Assembly (NCBI GenBank): GCA_043228905.1
Contig: JBHGNT010000022.1
Location: forward strand, 4,526,001 to 4,590,000
Origin: Azolla caroliniana
Lineage: Eukaryota > Plantae > Polypodiophyta
Direction: 5' to 3'
DNA length: 64,000 bases
The notes under the pieces were generated by a model. That model made no database searches. It worked only from the letters and a program-made list of their open reading frames with translations, and had not been told where the DNA came from. A program made the translations under genes and the position numbers. Positions 51,501 through 64,000 of the stretch are shown one piece after another. Numbering within the stretch: the stretch's first letter is position 1; each line of letters starts with the position of its first letter.

Positions 51501-52825
51501 GATGTTAGGGGTCACGTGGAATGTGGCATTGGAATCTAGTAACCACGTATGTCCATCTTGTGCATTGTAGAGGACTTCTCCGATCATTGAGTCTTCTAAG
51601 GAGAGGATTTCTCCTGATCGGGTGTCAGCAACATTGACTTGGTTGCTGACTGGAGAGTGGTTCGAGTCAGATCGTCCTCAATTCTGCTCGAATCGCTGAC
51701 CATTCTCTTTCCTCTTGGTTGACCAGTAGTCGAAAATGTTGTGACCAGCTTTTTCTGTAGTGGGTGCAGAAGTCGCTTGGTCAGCTATTTCTCAACTTCG
51801 ACCGTTCTTGGTCTCCCCTCGTTATTGACCGATTGGTATTCTGACCAGTTATGTCGTCTTGTTCTCTCGATTGACTGAATCAGTTGATTGACTCGGTTGA
51901 GTGGTGGACTTTTGTCACCTCGTCGATGGTGAGTCCCATCAATTTTCACCGAATGTCCTCTGTGAGGACTTCTATTTCCTCTAGATTTAGATTTTCTTGG
52001 CTTTTGGCAAACGTCATGCAAAATACCTCCCAACTCATCGGCAAGCTCGATAGGAGGGCAAGGGCATTCACTTCTTCTTCGAAGTTGATCCCTTGTGAGG
52101 AGAGTTCAAACAACACCCGGCTGAAGGTGTTGATGTGGGAGGTGGATGGGTCAGTCTCTGTCATCTTCATGTTGAATAGTTTTCTGATCAATATCAATTT
52201 TGATGATGATGACTTCTTCTCGTATTATACCTTGTAGCTTCTCCCACAGTGAGAACATAATCATCTCTTTTGCCAAGTTGAAATAGACGTTTTTGGCTAG
52301 GTGCATTCGAATGGTGGAGCGAGCGATTTCGTCTATTGATCTCCACTCTTCGGTTGTCATTGAAGCAGGTTTTCGTTCTGTTGAATGATTTCGACCTGTC
52401 TTCAAATGATCAACACGTCTTGCATCATCTCCTTCCACAGGGCAAAGTTTTTGCCGTCGAACTTTCAGATTTCAACTCCTGTTCCAGATTTTGAAGCCAT
52501 GTTCTTTGATGTGAGATCTACTAACCTCGTCTTTTCCTTCAGCTGTCTTTTCTGTTATTGGTCGCCGCTGAACATCAAGTCGCTCTGATACCAGTTATTG
52601 GAAATGATGTTCGAATATGTGCGGAAATATGTATGCGGACATGTCTTGCTATGCTCAGCGAACAACACAGAAAGAATGAAGACAAGAGGATGAACAGAAA
52701 AGGACACACACTTGAGCTCGTTCTCTCTATGTAATTCTACACTCAAAGATTCAAGATATAAGATGATTATTGTTACAACGTTAGGTTATTTCTTATATAC
52801 TAAGCCCTAACTTTTTGGACGTGTT

Positions 52826-53010
52826 CACACTAATAAGGATACAAACTAGAAGGAATCAACCTTTTATGCCAACAGTCAGTTGATTGTCACACTAATAAGG
52901 ATACAAACTAGAAGGAATCAACCTTTTATGCCAACAGTCAGTTGATTGTCACACTAATAAGGATACAAACTAGAAGGAGTCGGCCTTTTATGCCAATAGT
53001 CGGTTGATTG
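52826..53010. repeat. 62-bp unit x3 spanning the LTR/flank junction of copia E
   Basis: cacactaataaggatacaaactagaagga..ccttttatgccaa(c/t)agtc(a/g)gttgattg at 52826, 52888 and 52950. Confidence 0.9.
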
Positions 53011-54120
53011 GGCCCTTGACACAATTGTCGACTCTTGTGGTCCAGATGCACAACCCCTACTGCAACTTGATATTGCAGTTTTCCTATTGGCAAAAAAGGT
53101 CAACCCCATCCACACTATGTGGTGATTGACGGTGTCACGAAGATATGGATGCATGTCGCAAAAATATGTGTGTGTGCATGCTTCGCTTGAGCGGGACCAC
53201 CGGGGTCTCAGACCGGGGAGGACGTTCACAAAAATATAGAAAAGATGGCAATGTTGACTCTAAGTCACTCTTTGTAACGGAGTCGAGATAAGGTCGTTGT
53301 ATATGCTTCAGATTAATCCGTTGATGTATCTTCCTTTTTTATACCCAAATACATCCAGATAGGGAATAAAATAATAATATAAGCATGTTGGCCTACCATT
53401 GCACATAGATATATTCGTGCAAGGCAAGATTGAGCCTTGCACATTTAGAGTTTAAGGCATTACATTTACCACAAGGTTAACTTCTTTTTTTTTCCAAAAG
53501 TGAAACTCCTTCCATTAGTTATAAAATTTTACAACTAAAAATGTTATATACAAATCCTAGAAGGAACTCAATCGTTCCATCTTAAGTGGAGACCCACTGA
53601 ATCAAGAAAGGGAGAGGACGACCATTGTTGGATGAAGGCTAATCGTTGTCTTTCGGCTCCATTGGATCTGCCCATGATGCCATCGTATTGGCTTTTTAGT
53701 GTGGCTACAACTTCATTCCATATCTTCTACAATAACGATGTCGTGAAGATTTTCGGCAACGGTGTGAAAATTGTGTGCAACAAACGAAATCAAGAAGGTA
53801 CAATGTGCACGTGAGAAAGGGGTGAAGGCCACATGCATATGCTAGCATGTTGTAAATAGTACTGAAATGAGAATCGTAAAAGAAAAGCTAGATGTAAAGT
53901 TAAACATGTGCAAGTGTGATGTGCACTCAATTGTAAATATAAAAAATAAGACTAAAGCCTAGTAACATTTAAGTGCATACATAGGGGTGGAAGCAAAGCT
54001 TGAACCTTGCACCTCCAATGAAAGAGACAAATTAACTTACCACTAAAGCCACTACTAAGTGCTATAGAATTTGTATATTTTCTTTTCATATTCAGTATTT
54101 TATAGGAAGCAAACATATAG

Positions 54121-54200
54121 AAACCATGGGCACAAAACCATGGTTTTAGCCCATGGTTTCAGCTCGTGGTTTTAGCCCATGGTTTTAACCCATGGTTTTT
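54121..54200. repeat. 13-bp tandem (CCATGGTTTTAGC)n
   Basis: About 5 copies. Confidence 0.75.
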
Positions 54201-54334
54201 GCATGGAGAGACCTATAAAGGAAGGGAAGTGATGTAAGTAGAAAAAAGAAACTTCTTTGATCAAAGATCGGAGTTATCCTAATGGTGATGTATCTTGTCT
54301 CGTAAAACTAAAGTCAAGGGTTCAATCTCTATCT

Positions 54335-54372
<38 letters not shown>

Positions 54373-56164
54373 CCATTTATATATCTTCAATACGTTCTTG
54401 CTTACGTTGCTAAAAACATCGAATCCTTCCGGTTCAGGACCTTGGTGGTCCCGCTTTATTTTGTGAACACGTGAGGATTTCCTCGACAACGTCACCTAGT
54501 GCACAGTTTGATTTGAGAAGACCCACTTAGTGTTATTGGATTGGCTAATTCCAGCATGACTTTAGCTTTGGCATTGATGGGAGTTGAGTGAATATTGTCG
54601 GTGGTGAAAAACGAGACCTTTGGTGCCTTTATCACCAGTGTCATCCCCTCTTCCTTATGTTTGTATTTGTTTATTGGGGTCTACCATGATAACCAACATA
54701 CATTCCCCTATTTGAATGTGCCTTGCACCTGGCATATCCGATGAGTCTCTGGGCAGTCCCACAAAGCGTGTCAGATTGATTTTATTGCATTGGTGCACAC
54801 CACACAATTCGGAGAGCTAAGGATTCCACGCAGCACAAGGGTAACTATTATTGAGTGTTTGATTTCCCATAAGTATAAATTTTACACATGAATACATAGT
54901 GAAAAAACACTAAAACAAAACCGCATGCACGAACCCATGGTTTCAATGTTGGAAGCACATGACCCATCTTCGCTAGTTAAGTCCCCAATGGTCCCACTCA
55001 TGTTTCACACGCACGCACGTAACGTTTCACGACCACCGGCTTGATAATGTAAGTGTCATACTCAGATGTCCACCAATACGATTGAGCACAAACGTGCATG
55101 CATTATTTTCCATAGAGAGTTTTTACTACAAAGTGATAACCCTCTTTTATTGCAAGGTGTCACATACAAGATGATATGTTGATTTGGTTCCATAAGTCAA
55201 CGTTGGCCTCATCATGGATGATAAAACACCCATTCTATGCTTGCACGCATTCCTCTCACAAACACGATGTGCCCTCTTAATTTCAATGTTTATTACTAAA
55301 ATTCTTTTCTCACTACATAGGTCCAGTTACTTTTGATAGTAGGGGTCGTATTTCACATATTTCGTAGATGATAATAAACTCCATTTCAATATTGAATAAA
55401 CTCATACGATTTTTTAGCACTATATTCAATATTTCTCTCTTAGTTTCCTTTTCTAGTATTCCACCTACTACATCTCGCTTGCTTGAATTTGACCTCAGGG
55501 AACAACCATTATTATACGTGCAAGTATAGCATTTGCCCCTTCAACACCTTGGATAACACAATTATGGGGCCCTCCATGAGGATTAAATCAGCTATGATTG
55601 TACACCTCTAGATTCAAATCGTCCATGATGAATTCATTTCTATACTAATTAATGCACGAGTTGACAAGTTGCAAACTAGGACATTTTATTTTTGCTTATC
55701 AGTCATGGCAATTTAAGTTGCTACCTTCCCATTGAGGGTTAACCACATTCACCTACCTCGTCTAGTCCCTCACCTTTAACATCGATGATAATGTCATGGT
55801 GATTTCATAGTTCGTTATTTTAGATTCATATATTTTTAATATCCTATTTTGGTGGTAGTATTAGGAAAGATCTTTTTTACCTTTGTCATTTCCTATGGCA
55901 GAAAATCTAAATGCATGATTTCTTTCAAATCTAGTATTCACTCATATGATAGTATATCCATTGAAGCACAAATGACTAAACAAAGAAATATCATGATTCT
56001 TATTGAAACATGCATTTTTCAACATTTTTGGAGAGGATAGAGATAAGTTCATCATTGGTGACTCAACTTTAAGAACTATTTGAACAAATCATTTTAGGAA
56101 AATTCTTGAGTTAGATGCTTTTAGCATTGAATCAACTTTGAGAACTATACTTACAATAGAATTA

Positions 56165-59100
56165 TTAATTAAACAACCTAAATATACTTTCAAATGATTT
56201 AGCTATGTCGGTTGCAGACTTAAGTTGTGATTCATTCTCCACCTATTGACAATATAAAAGGCAATAATTCAGTACTTGTGGTTAGGCATTTAGCTCTACT
56301 TCAAACAAGATAACGAAAGAAGCACTTATAGCATATCAACACTAAGTTTTTCCAAATATTGAAAGGGAACTCACCTCAACATTGAGATAGTACAAAACAC
56401 TATCTTCAATTGTTGTTATATTCATTTGCATAATCTTCAGATGAAGACCTTGAACAATAGGTAGCACATTCAAGAGTTGATGTGCCTTCTTTTGAGCCAA
56501 AACTTTTATAATAGCCGATCTCCCAATCAATTTTACTTCCACATTAGAATCAACCTCACAAAACTTGCTTTGAGTTGTACATTCAATATTTGGTTCGCAC
56601 GTCAAATCTTGAGACATCGTAAAATCTCTTAACATGTCTTGTTGATTGAGATATCCTTCTCCCAAGTCCTTCCTCTCCTTTTGTAATTTCAATGAGTGCA
56701 ATATGTGCTCTAGCTCTTTCACAAATTCTATGGCACCTCCAATTATAGAGGCTTGATCTCCCTGACAACATCACAAGCTCACGACTTAGAATGCATACTA
56801 ATTTGGACAAAGCTCCCATGGGTTTGGGAATGTCTAAGTTCAATGGGGTACATTATGATCCATTTTGAGGATGTTGTGAAAGCCCATTATTCAAGTCACA
56901 TACCTTTGGAAAATTAGTTGAAGACTATATTCTAGATATGTTCTCTACCAAAACTTCTACCAAATTTGTGTATCTCATATCAAAAATTTCTGTAAGTTTT
57001 GGTGTTAGATATTATGTAAATGGCAATGGAAAGTTTCCTACATCACTAAAATGGTGTTTAAACATGAAATCATAAGAAGATACTTTAAGTCAAATAATTA
57101 CCCATTAAGTGCTCTAGAATAAGGTTTAAAATATTATTGTGTGTGTGTGTGTGTGTTGAGTGGGCAATTGTATGTGTGTGTGGGTGTGCATGTGTACTAC
57201 CTACAGTATAACCAACGCAATAATAAGAAAAGAACAAGCAATAAAGCAACAACTTCACATCCACAGCTCAAGGCATTGTGCGTGTGCATTTGTACTACCT
57301 ACAATATAACCATGCAATAAAAAGTAAAGGACAAGCAATGAAGGAACAAGTTCACATCCAATATCTCAAGGCATAGGGCATGACGGTGTGCATATGAAAT
57401 ATGAAGAATTCACATATCTAGGTGGTAATGAGAGTGCATGAATGCGCATATGTGCTCCTATGTGCAAAAAGTTGACCTTCTTCATTAAAAGAATAGCAAC
57501 ATAAGTAATCATGTCCTTTATGGCCTTTGGAAATGGAATTCCAAAAAACAAAAAGTATGAAACAATGCAAATGATACAAAGAAGTAAAATGTGAAAGAAA
57601 AAAGAAAACGGTGTTTTAATGAGGAGACGGATCGTGCAAAAGGAAGAAGATTTTTTTATGCATACATTAGAAAGACATGTGGGGAGATAAAGAACGTGTC
57701 CTAAGAGAATTTAATTTGCCTCATCAAGAAGGATATAAACTAGGGTCATTGAATACAACTACTGAACACAAACCTTCCATGTTTCCGTTGAATGCTACAA
57801 AGAGAAAGAGAGACAATGTAAGCTAAATTCTTATTGGCAAAGAAAACAAAGCAAGACAAAAGTTTATCATGTTGGTACATTTATGGAGAGAGATAGGGAG
57901 AGAGAGAATTTACAATGCTTTAGAGGTTTTACTTGCCTTAAGATCCTGAATGTTAGAGTACGGACAACAAGGGTTTTTCATGTTATTTTAAATATATACT
58001 CTATTTTAGGGAAAAAAACAAAAAGAGATGACAATTGAAAGGTCTCCCCTACACATTAGCATTCCAACACCAAAGCCAGTGTGGGTCTTATAACCAGGGA
58101 GTGATTGGTTGATTGGCATGCATACCTTCAAATTCTTAGCTAGGCATATAGTTGTGTTGTGACTTTGTACAACATAGTAATTAATACCCACAACCCCAAG
58201 AAAATATGATGGCAACCCCTTTAACTAAACTAAATGGAGTAAATAAAAGAGAGAGAGAGATCTAACTAAATGAGATAGGGTCCATAAAACCTTGGAAAAC
58301 ACATAGATAGATAGATTTTATATTTGTTGTTGAACTATAGGTTTGAAGGTGAAAAACACACACACACCCATTGATGTATGGGTTGTTGACTTAGTAGCAA
58401 TCAAAACACTAGCATAATAAAAATGTCAAAACAAAATCAATTAAACATGTGGGGTAGAGGGGCAAAGAGGGGGGGTGCCTAGCATAATAGTAATTAGGCG
58501 ACCACAAGCATAATAGTACCACGACAAAAAGACAAAATCGACCAAGGTACCTACCTATTCTCATACAAGCATGGGAGATGATGAGAACACTGCCATTGAA
58601 GAATACGGAAAGGTTGCACACCCTTCACAACGAGTTTTTGTGGCGTAAATGCTGCACACTCTCAACACTGAGCTTTTGTTGGCCCAAGTAGAGGTCGAGT
58701 TTGCTATCTATATGTTAAATAGAAGCTCAACTAAACATTACAGAGATGCCGACTTGCATGTTCGAACATACGAAATGGGATTACTATAGGAAATTAGAAT
58801 GCCCACCAACCCAAAGTATGGTTCCCAAAGCTTGTCAAGTCCCTAGAAACATATCAAATCTACTCGCAAAGAGTTTGTAAGATATCAAGGGAACCTAGTG
58901 TATAAGTGCGATATATAACCCCACCTTTTTGTTATGAAATACGCTTCGAGGCCTCGTTGACTGTCCTTCGACGCAACGGAAAAGAAAAACCACACATATG
59001 TAACCAACCAACAATCATATGTACACATAAATGTGTATGTGGCCCGAAATGTGAATTCGAATGGCGGGCGACACATAACATGCTTCAGCCCCACCAAACC

Positions 59101-60761
59101 TCGAAAAATCGGGCCTCTCTCGGGCAAAAAACACGAAGGGTCCACTGGACCTAAAGTAAGGGTGGGAGACATGCCAAAAAGACTCTTAAGGAGCTAGCTA
59201 AGCTAGGCAAAAGTAGTAGATGGCACTCCAAAATTAGTCAAAAATTGAGAGGTGTGATATTTGACCAAGGAGTTCATCATGCCATATAAAGACCTTGATG
59301 TTGGTGGTGAGTTAATTTAAGAGAGCCTAATTTTGGGGATCATAATTAAGCTTTGCCTAATTATGCAAATAGTATGATCTAGGAAGGCATACCATGGTAA
59401 TATGCAAGCACAATGCTTGAGATTAAATTTAAAATTTGTTAGGGAAGAGTAGGAAAGTAGGAAGTTACCCTTTGAATGTAGGAGGTGGGCATGAGGGATC
59501 GGAGGGCGGCGAGGTGATCGTTCATCTGTTTGCGCCGGTTGCGCTCCACCGCGATGTGTGTCATTCGCTGGCTCTCCACCTCTTCGCTATTCTTGCTCCT
59601 CCGCTTGCGTTTCCGGGTGCCTCCGCCTCCCATCGATTCCTTCCGGCGCCGCGAAATTGCCGGTGCCGGTGCCGGTGCCGGATTGGAGCCCCCAATTGCC
59701 TCCAAATCCAAATCCTTGCCTAGAAATCGCCCACCACCGCCCAAGTGAGGATCATTGCTATAGGCCTTTTGATTATGATTAGAGCTTGAGTTATTATTGC
59801 TATGGACATTGTGGTTCTGATTAGAGCTTGAGTTATTATTGCTAGAGGCATTGTGATTCTGATTAGAGCTTGAGTTATAGGCATTGTGATTCTGATTAGA
59901 TCTTGAGTTATAGGCATTTTGATTCTGATTAGAGCTTGAGTTATTATTGCCATAGGCATTGTGATTCTGATTAGAGCTTGAGTTATAATTATTGCTATAG
60001 GCATTATGATTGTGATTATAGCTTGGGTTCTTATTGCTAGAGGCATTGTGATTCTGATTAGAGCATGACTTATCATTGCTATAGGCATTGTGATTCTGAT
60101 TAGAGCTTGAGCTATTATTACTATAGGCATTGTGATTCTGATTAGAGCTTGAATTCTTATTGCTATAGGCATTGTGATTACAATTAGGGCTTGAGTTCTG
60201 ATTGTTATAGGCATTGTGATTATGATTAGAGCTTGGGTTCTTATTGCTATAGGCATTGTGATTATGATTAGGGCTTGAGTTCTGATTGCTATAAGCATTG
60301 TGATTCTGATTAGAGCACTGATCTACAACGTCCGACGAAATAGAGCATGAGGTATTGCTATGGTTATCATAATATTTGTTATAATTGTTATAGTCAATAA
60401 TATGCTGCAGAGAATGGATGATATTCTTGGACACCTCATCGCTGCAGCAATTAGTACTATGATTAGTACTAAGATGACTCGTGCTATGATTTGTACTGCA
60501 ATTAGTGCTATAATTAGAGCTTGCATAATTCTCAGCTAATTTAAAGAATTGGAAATTAGCTTCATCGATTAAGTGGGCGCTACTATTAGTAGTAATGGCT
60601 GTGGTATTAGATGGAACCATTTCTTCAACTTCTTCTTCTTCTTCTTCTTCTTCTTCATTACAATCATAGCTAAGATTATCTGAAGGATCCTGACTGCTAT
60701 AATTGGAGCTACTGTTATTGTAAGAGTAAGTATAGCCACTCCTCAGAAGCTCAAGAAACAT
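56165..60761 (-). CDS. bHLH subfamily Ia transcription factor (SPCH/MUTE/FAMA 'SMF', FAMA-like); exons 60761-59469, 56761-56375, 56242-56165; about 585 aa
   Basis: [66 protein letters not shown]; C-terminal ACT-like SMF domain [61 protein letters not shown]; GT-AG phase-0 introns; start codon is the first in-frame ATG and is less certain. Confidence 0.9.
57185..57375. repeat. About 98-bp tandem duplication in the bHLH intron
   Basis: gtgtgcat.tgtactacctaca.tataacca..gcaataa..acaagcaat.aag.aacaa.ttcacatcca..ctcaaggcat twice. Confidence 0.75.
59755..60315 (-). repeat. Coding minisatellite (33-45-bp units, about 14 copies) encoding [11 protein letters not shown]-x-N-S-S
   Basis: tctaatcagaatcacaatgcctatagcaataataactcaagc units; all unit lengths are multiples of 3 and the frame stays open. 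Confidence 0.9.
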
Positions 60762-61099
60762 ATTGGAGCTACTCTTAATCCTAATTCTTAGCTCTACTGA
60801 ATCTATTCCTACTTCTAGTTTTAACACTAAATTTTCTCAATCCTAATTCTGATTTTACCTCTGAGTTTGTCCTACATTTAATTCTAATTCTCAATCCTAA
60901 TCCTAGTTTAAATATCCTTTGGAACCCTACATCTTACAACTTCACATCTAATTTCATCCCTAATATTAGTCCTAATTCTAATCCTAAGATTTTTCTCACT
61001 CTAGTTGAAGTTCTAATTTCCAAGCAATTCTCCTGCAAATTAATTATAAAATGGACATTTGCTAACTCTACTAACTAATAGTAAGTAATAAGTAAAGAG

Positions 61100-61565
61100 C
61101 GTCTTTGGGCTAATCAAATGGCTTTAATTTTTTTCACACAAAATTAAATGTGCTTTTTATGCTAAGTAAATGGGTTTTTTATGCTAATTAAATGGAACTT
61201 TCTATTGTTATTAAAGGACCTATATGCTAGTTAGATGGAGTAGAAATGCTCGTTAAATGGCTTTTTTTATGCTAATTAAATGTCTTTTTTACTCTAATTA
61301 AATAGATGCTTTCTGCTAATCAAAATGAGATGGTCTTCGAATTGTAATTAAATGCGTTTTATATGCTAATTAAATAGCTTTTAAATCCTAATTACATGAG
61401 TGATTGTGCCAATGAAATGGCCTTCTAGCTAGATAAATAGCAGCTTTGAAATGATAGTTAATGAATTTCCTTGTCTATAGTCATTATAATTAAATGGGTA
61501 TTTCTATGCTAATTAGGTGGCATTTTTATGATAATTAGAGGGCTTTTCCAGAGGATAATCAAATG
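61100..61565. repeat. Degenerate about 22-bp tandem (TTTTTATGCTAATTAAATGG)n upstream of the bHLH, probably within a 5' UTR intron
   Basis: Recurrent atgctaattaaatg; minus-strand acceptor tttgcag| at about 61034. Confidence 0.55.
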
Positions 61566-61798
61566 GCTTGGAGTCTTCTTGCTAATTTATATCAAAAGGA
61601 ATCAGAAATTGTAGGATCCACAAAAGGAAAATTCAGACCAAAAATTAATCTGATGATGAGGTTAAAGAGTAGAGATTTAAGAAGTCTAGAATGTAGCTCA
61701 AAAGAATGATAGATAGAAGAGTAATTATGGGGAGGAGGATAAGTATGTATATGTGGATATAGCCACATATATAAAGGATAGATAAATATAGCTATAAG

Positions 61799-61799
<1 letters not shown>

Positions 61800-61859
<60 letters not shown>

Positions 61860-61860
61860 T
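61800..61860. repeat. (GT)n(GA)n compound microsatellite near the probable bHLH transcription start
   Basis: Direct observation. Confidence 0.85.
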
Positions 61861-62699
61861 ATGTACACATACATACATATCCATTGGGAGGTGCACTTTA
61901 TTATTATGCTGAAAAAGCTAGGCATGCAATCTAGCTATATTACAATTTTAGCACAATGAGAGAGCCAGAGAGATCCAAGAGAGACTATATATTATTGGTT
62001 TTTTGCCAGTACAAGAAGTTGAGCTCAATTGTGGTTGGCTATGTTCACCATAGTTATCTAGTTTCCCTGTCCCATTGACCCCAATCAGTCTCTCATGGAC
62101 GTGAAAAAGATATAGATCTCCAAATACTCGCAACATGGGCATATAGTCCATCGAAATGTCGTCTGGGCAACCTATCTAGATTGGTATTGGCCTCTCTTTA
62201 GATCCAAATGTAGGCCGAATGTAGCTTGTGGCAATAGCAAACCAACTTTCGAAAATTTTCAGTGTGGTGGTCAAAGCCGCTTGGTATGGGGTTTGACATT
62301 TCATGTGAAAGTATATACTACTTGATCACGATTCACTGCGCAACATTGAGAATGTACAAGAGATGTTTCGACAATGCTATCTAGTTGGGGTGGTCAAGGC
62401 AACCATTATATACTCAATGATTCTACTCCTCAAAACTAGGGGCAAGAGTCAAGACTAGTGAGACGTTCTTATGAGAGTCCAAAATTGCATGGCTATATTG
62501 ATTTAAGAACTTGGAAGTTGCACCCCCACTAACGATAACTTGGTGACAATGAACATTGAATGACTTGTGGAACTCATAAAGAATGCTTCAAGTTGATAGT
62601 GTCCTCTATTGATGCAAAGGTTGTAATCGTATGTGGCTCATGCATTACCTTAATATCACATCTACGATTAAGTAGAGACCATGCATATGCACCTAAGAT

Positions 62700-63960
62700 G
62701 AAGGGATTGGATTGTCTAATTGGGTGAAGTTAGTGTGTGCAATACTATTTATGGTGGAAGCATTATCAAATGGCCACGAATGCTTCACATCTATTGTGAC
62801 ATGCTCCTCACTCTTAAAGAGTTAATTTGCTCAAAGTGGGTATATGTGATTTTTAAGATAATGCATATAAGCACAAAGGAGTGTGATTGCCTTATCATGT
62901 GAATTGGCATGAAGGTGGGGATGTTGTTGGGTTATGCGCCCCATAATCCCCTTTTAGGCATCGCAAAGTGTTGGGTTTATGTGAATTTAATAGTAGTAAC
63001 TGCAATTTACTAAAAATCTTGTTATCCTCGTTCGATTTGAATGTGAGTGAAAATAGAAAGGTATGATAACAACATTGTATCTAGTCCCAACAACTCTCTA
63101 TGAGCAAATTCTCTAGAGAGATGCAAACCCTTCTACAACTGTATTGGAAAACTTTGGCGTGCATAGTAAGTTGAATGCCAATACCTTTAAAACAAAGGTT
63201 ATACTTAATCCAAAAACTCGAAATAATGATCAAGCATGCATTCATGTAAACAATTATGAGCCCTTAGAACATTAGAAAACTTTGAATACGTTGGGCTTGA
63301 GGTTTCCTCTAATGATAGTTGTTATATGTAAGCTTACAATGAATTTGAGAACGAATGCAATTAAGGAGAAATCAAATGTTGAATTTCTAGAAGTACACGT
63401 TTAACACTTTGGTGACATTAGTGCTTCGTTTCCATGGGCTTATGGGATGGAGGCATCTCCAAGTCCATTTAGAAAGAGGTTGAACATGTCCAACGAAGCT
63501 TTCTTATGAGTTCCTTCAATACAAGATCTAGACACAATACATGCGCCTACTTCTTGAGACTAGCTAATTTCACATTGAAATAATGGACATGGCGAAGTTT
63601 TTGGAGTGCATTATTTGTTAATATATGAAAAAAAATTCACATTGACGTCTTGGAATTGCATTGAAAGGAAATGGGAAACCTCATAAGGCATGGAAAAACC
63701 AAGATAATGAGTAACAAGTGGTATAAGTCAATTTGTTTCAATTTAGCATTAATGTTTCATGCCTAAAGAGAAATATGGAATGCCAATATTGAGTTTGGAT
63801 AGATATAAGCTATGAAAAAATGGTCTAGATGATGGGATACATTACACTTGCTTCATGATGCCTCAATCAATTTACTTGGTGAATGGCACTTTTCTACAAC
63901 CCTGATGCTTTATACCCTAAGAGAGATATGGAAGCTCATTCTTCACACATTATGTTATAT
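62700..63960 (+). pseudogene. Possible highly decayed hAT-type transposase remnant
   Basis: Ordered weak motifs: CLIM* (cf. GCxIMxDGW), YDN (cf. TDN), LYWKT (cf. LYWTPC), WDTLH.LHDA (cf. RWD..LH.PLHAA); eye-level similarity only. Confidence 0.3.
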
Positions 63961-64000
63961 ATGTTGCACCAAATTACAACACCATATTCTTGCCTAAACT

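Larger units (their letters stand above)
36400..52874 (-). mobile_element. Ty1/copia element E (same family as 4378-17282), degenerate, host of two nested copia elements
   Basis: 5' LTR about 52596-52874; PBS tggtatcagagc 52593-52582; gag 51900-52500; protease WLLDSNATFH; IN 50330-51140; RT 49034-49690 (YVDD); RNase H split at 48561/42156 and 42095/37129; 3' LTR remnant about 36400-36597. Confidence 0.85.

Noticed and set aside
52826-53010. CRISPR-like repeat pattern
   Set aside because: Units are contiguous with identical 'spacers', derive from an LTR end, and lie in eukaryotic context with no cas genes
54190-55800. Possible solo LTR or decayed MuDR-like coding sequence
   Set aside because: TATA and (CT)n tract are present, but no termini, TSD or convincing protein motif could be defined
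59720-60298. 192-aa ORF ([13 protein letters not shown])n
   Set aside because: Alternative frame of the bHLH coding minisatellite
60762-60827. N-terminal extension of the bHLH given in the ORF track
   Set aside because: It starts at a non-ATG codon; the first in-frame ATG is at 60761

Overview
Eukaryotic land-plant DNA, probably from a non-seed vascular plant such as a fern or lycophyte (inferred from the retroelement types and a clade-Ia bHLH gene). About two thirds of the window is nested, decayed LTR retrotransposons. These comprise three Ty1/copia families, non-chromovirus Ty3/gypsy elements, three chromodomain-bearing gypsy copies and two solo LTRs. Two intact-looking spliced host genes are present: a 5-exon type-A cytokinin response regulator (+, 20939-22800, 193 aa) and a 3-coding-exon SPCH/MUTE/FAMA-like bHLH (-, 60761-56165, about 585 aa) with a long Asn/Ser/His tandem-repeat N-terminus. 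The most striking signal is chromovirus family B (copies at 5331-10193 and 29599-33801), which combines three features. (i) It has no tRNA PBS; instead a 10-nt PBS is complementary to its own predicted transcript 5' end, as in Tf1/sushi self-priming. (ii) Dense heat-shock-element arrays lie immediately upstream of the LTR TATA box. (iii) A G-UUA-AAC slippery site plus stem-loop sits at the gag/pol junction in both copies. Together these suggest a heat-inducible, self-priming, frameshifting chromovirus. All calls were made by eye, without database searches.
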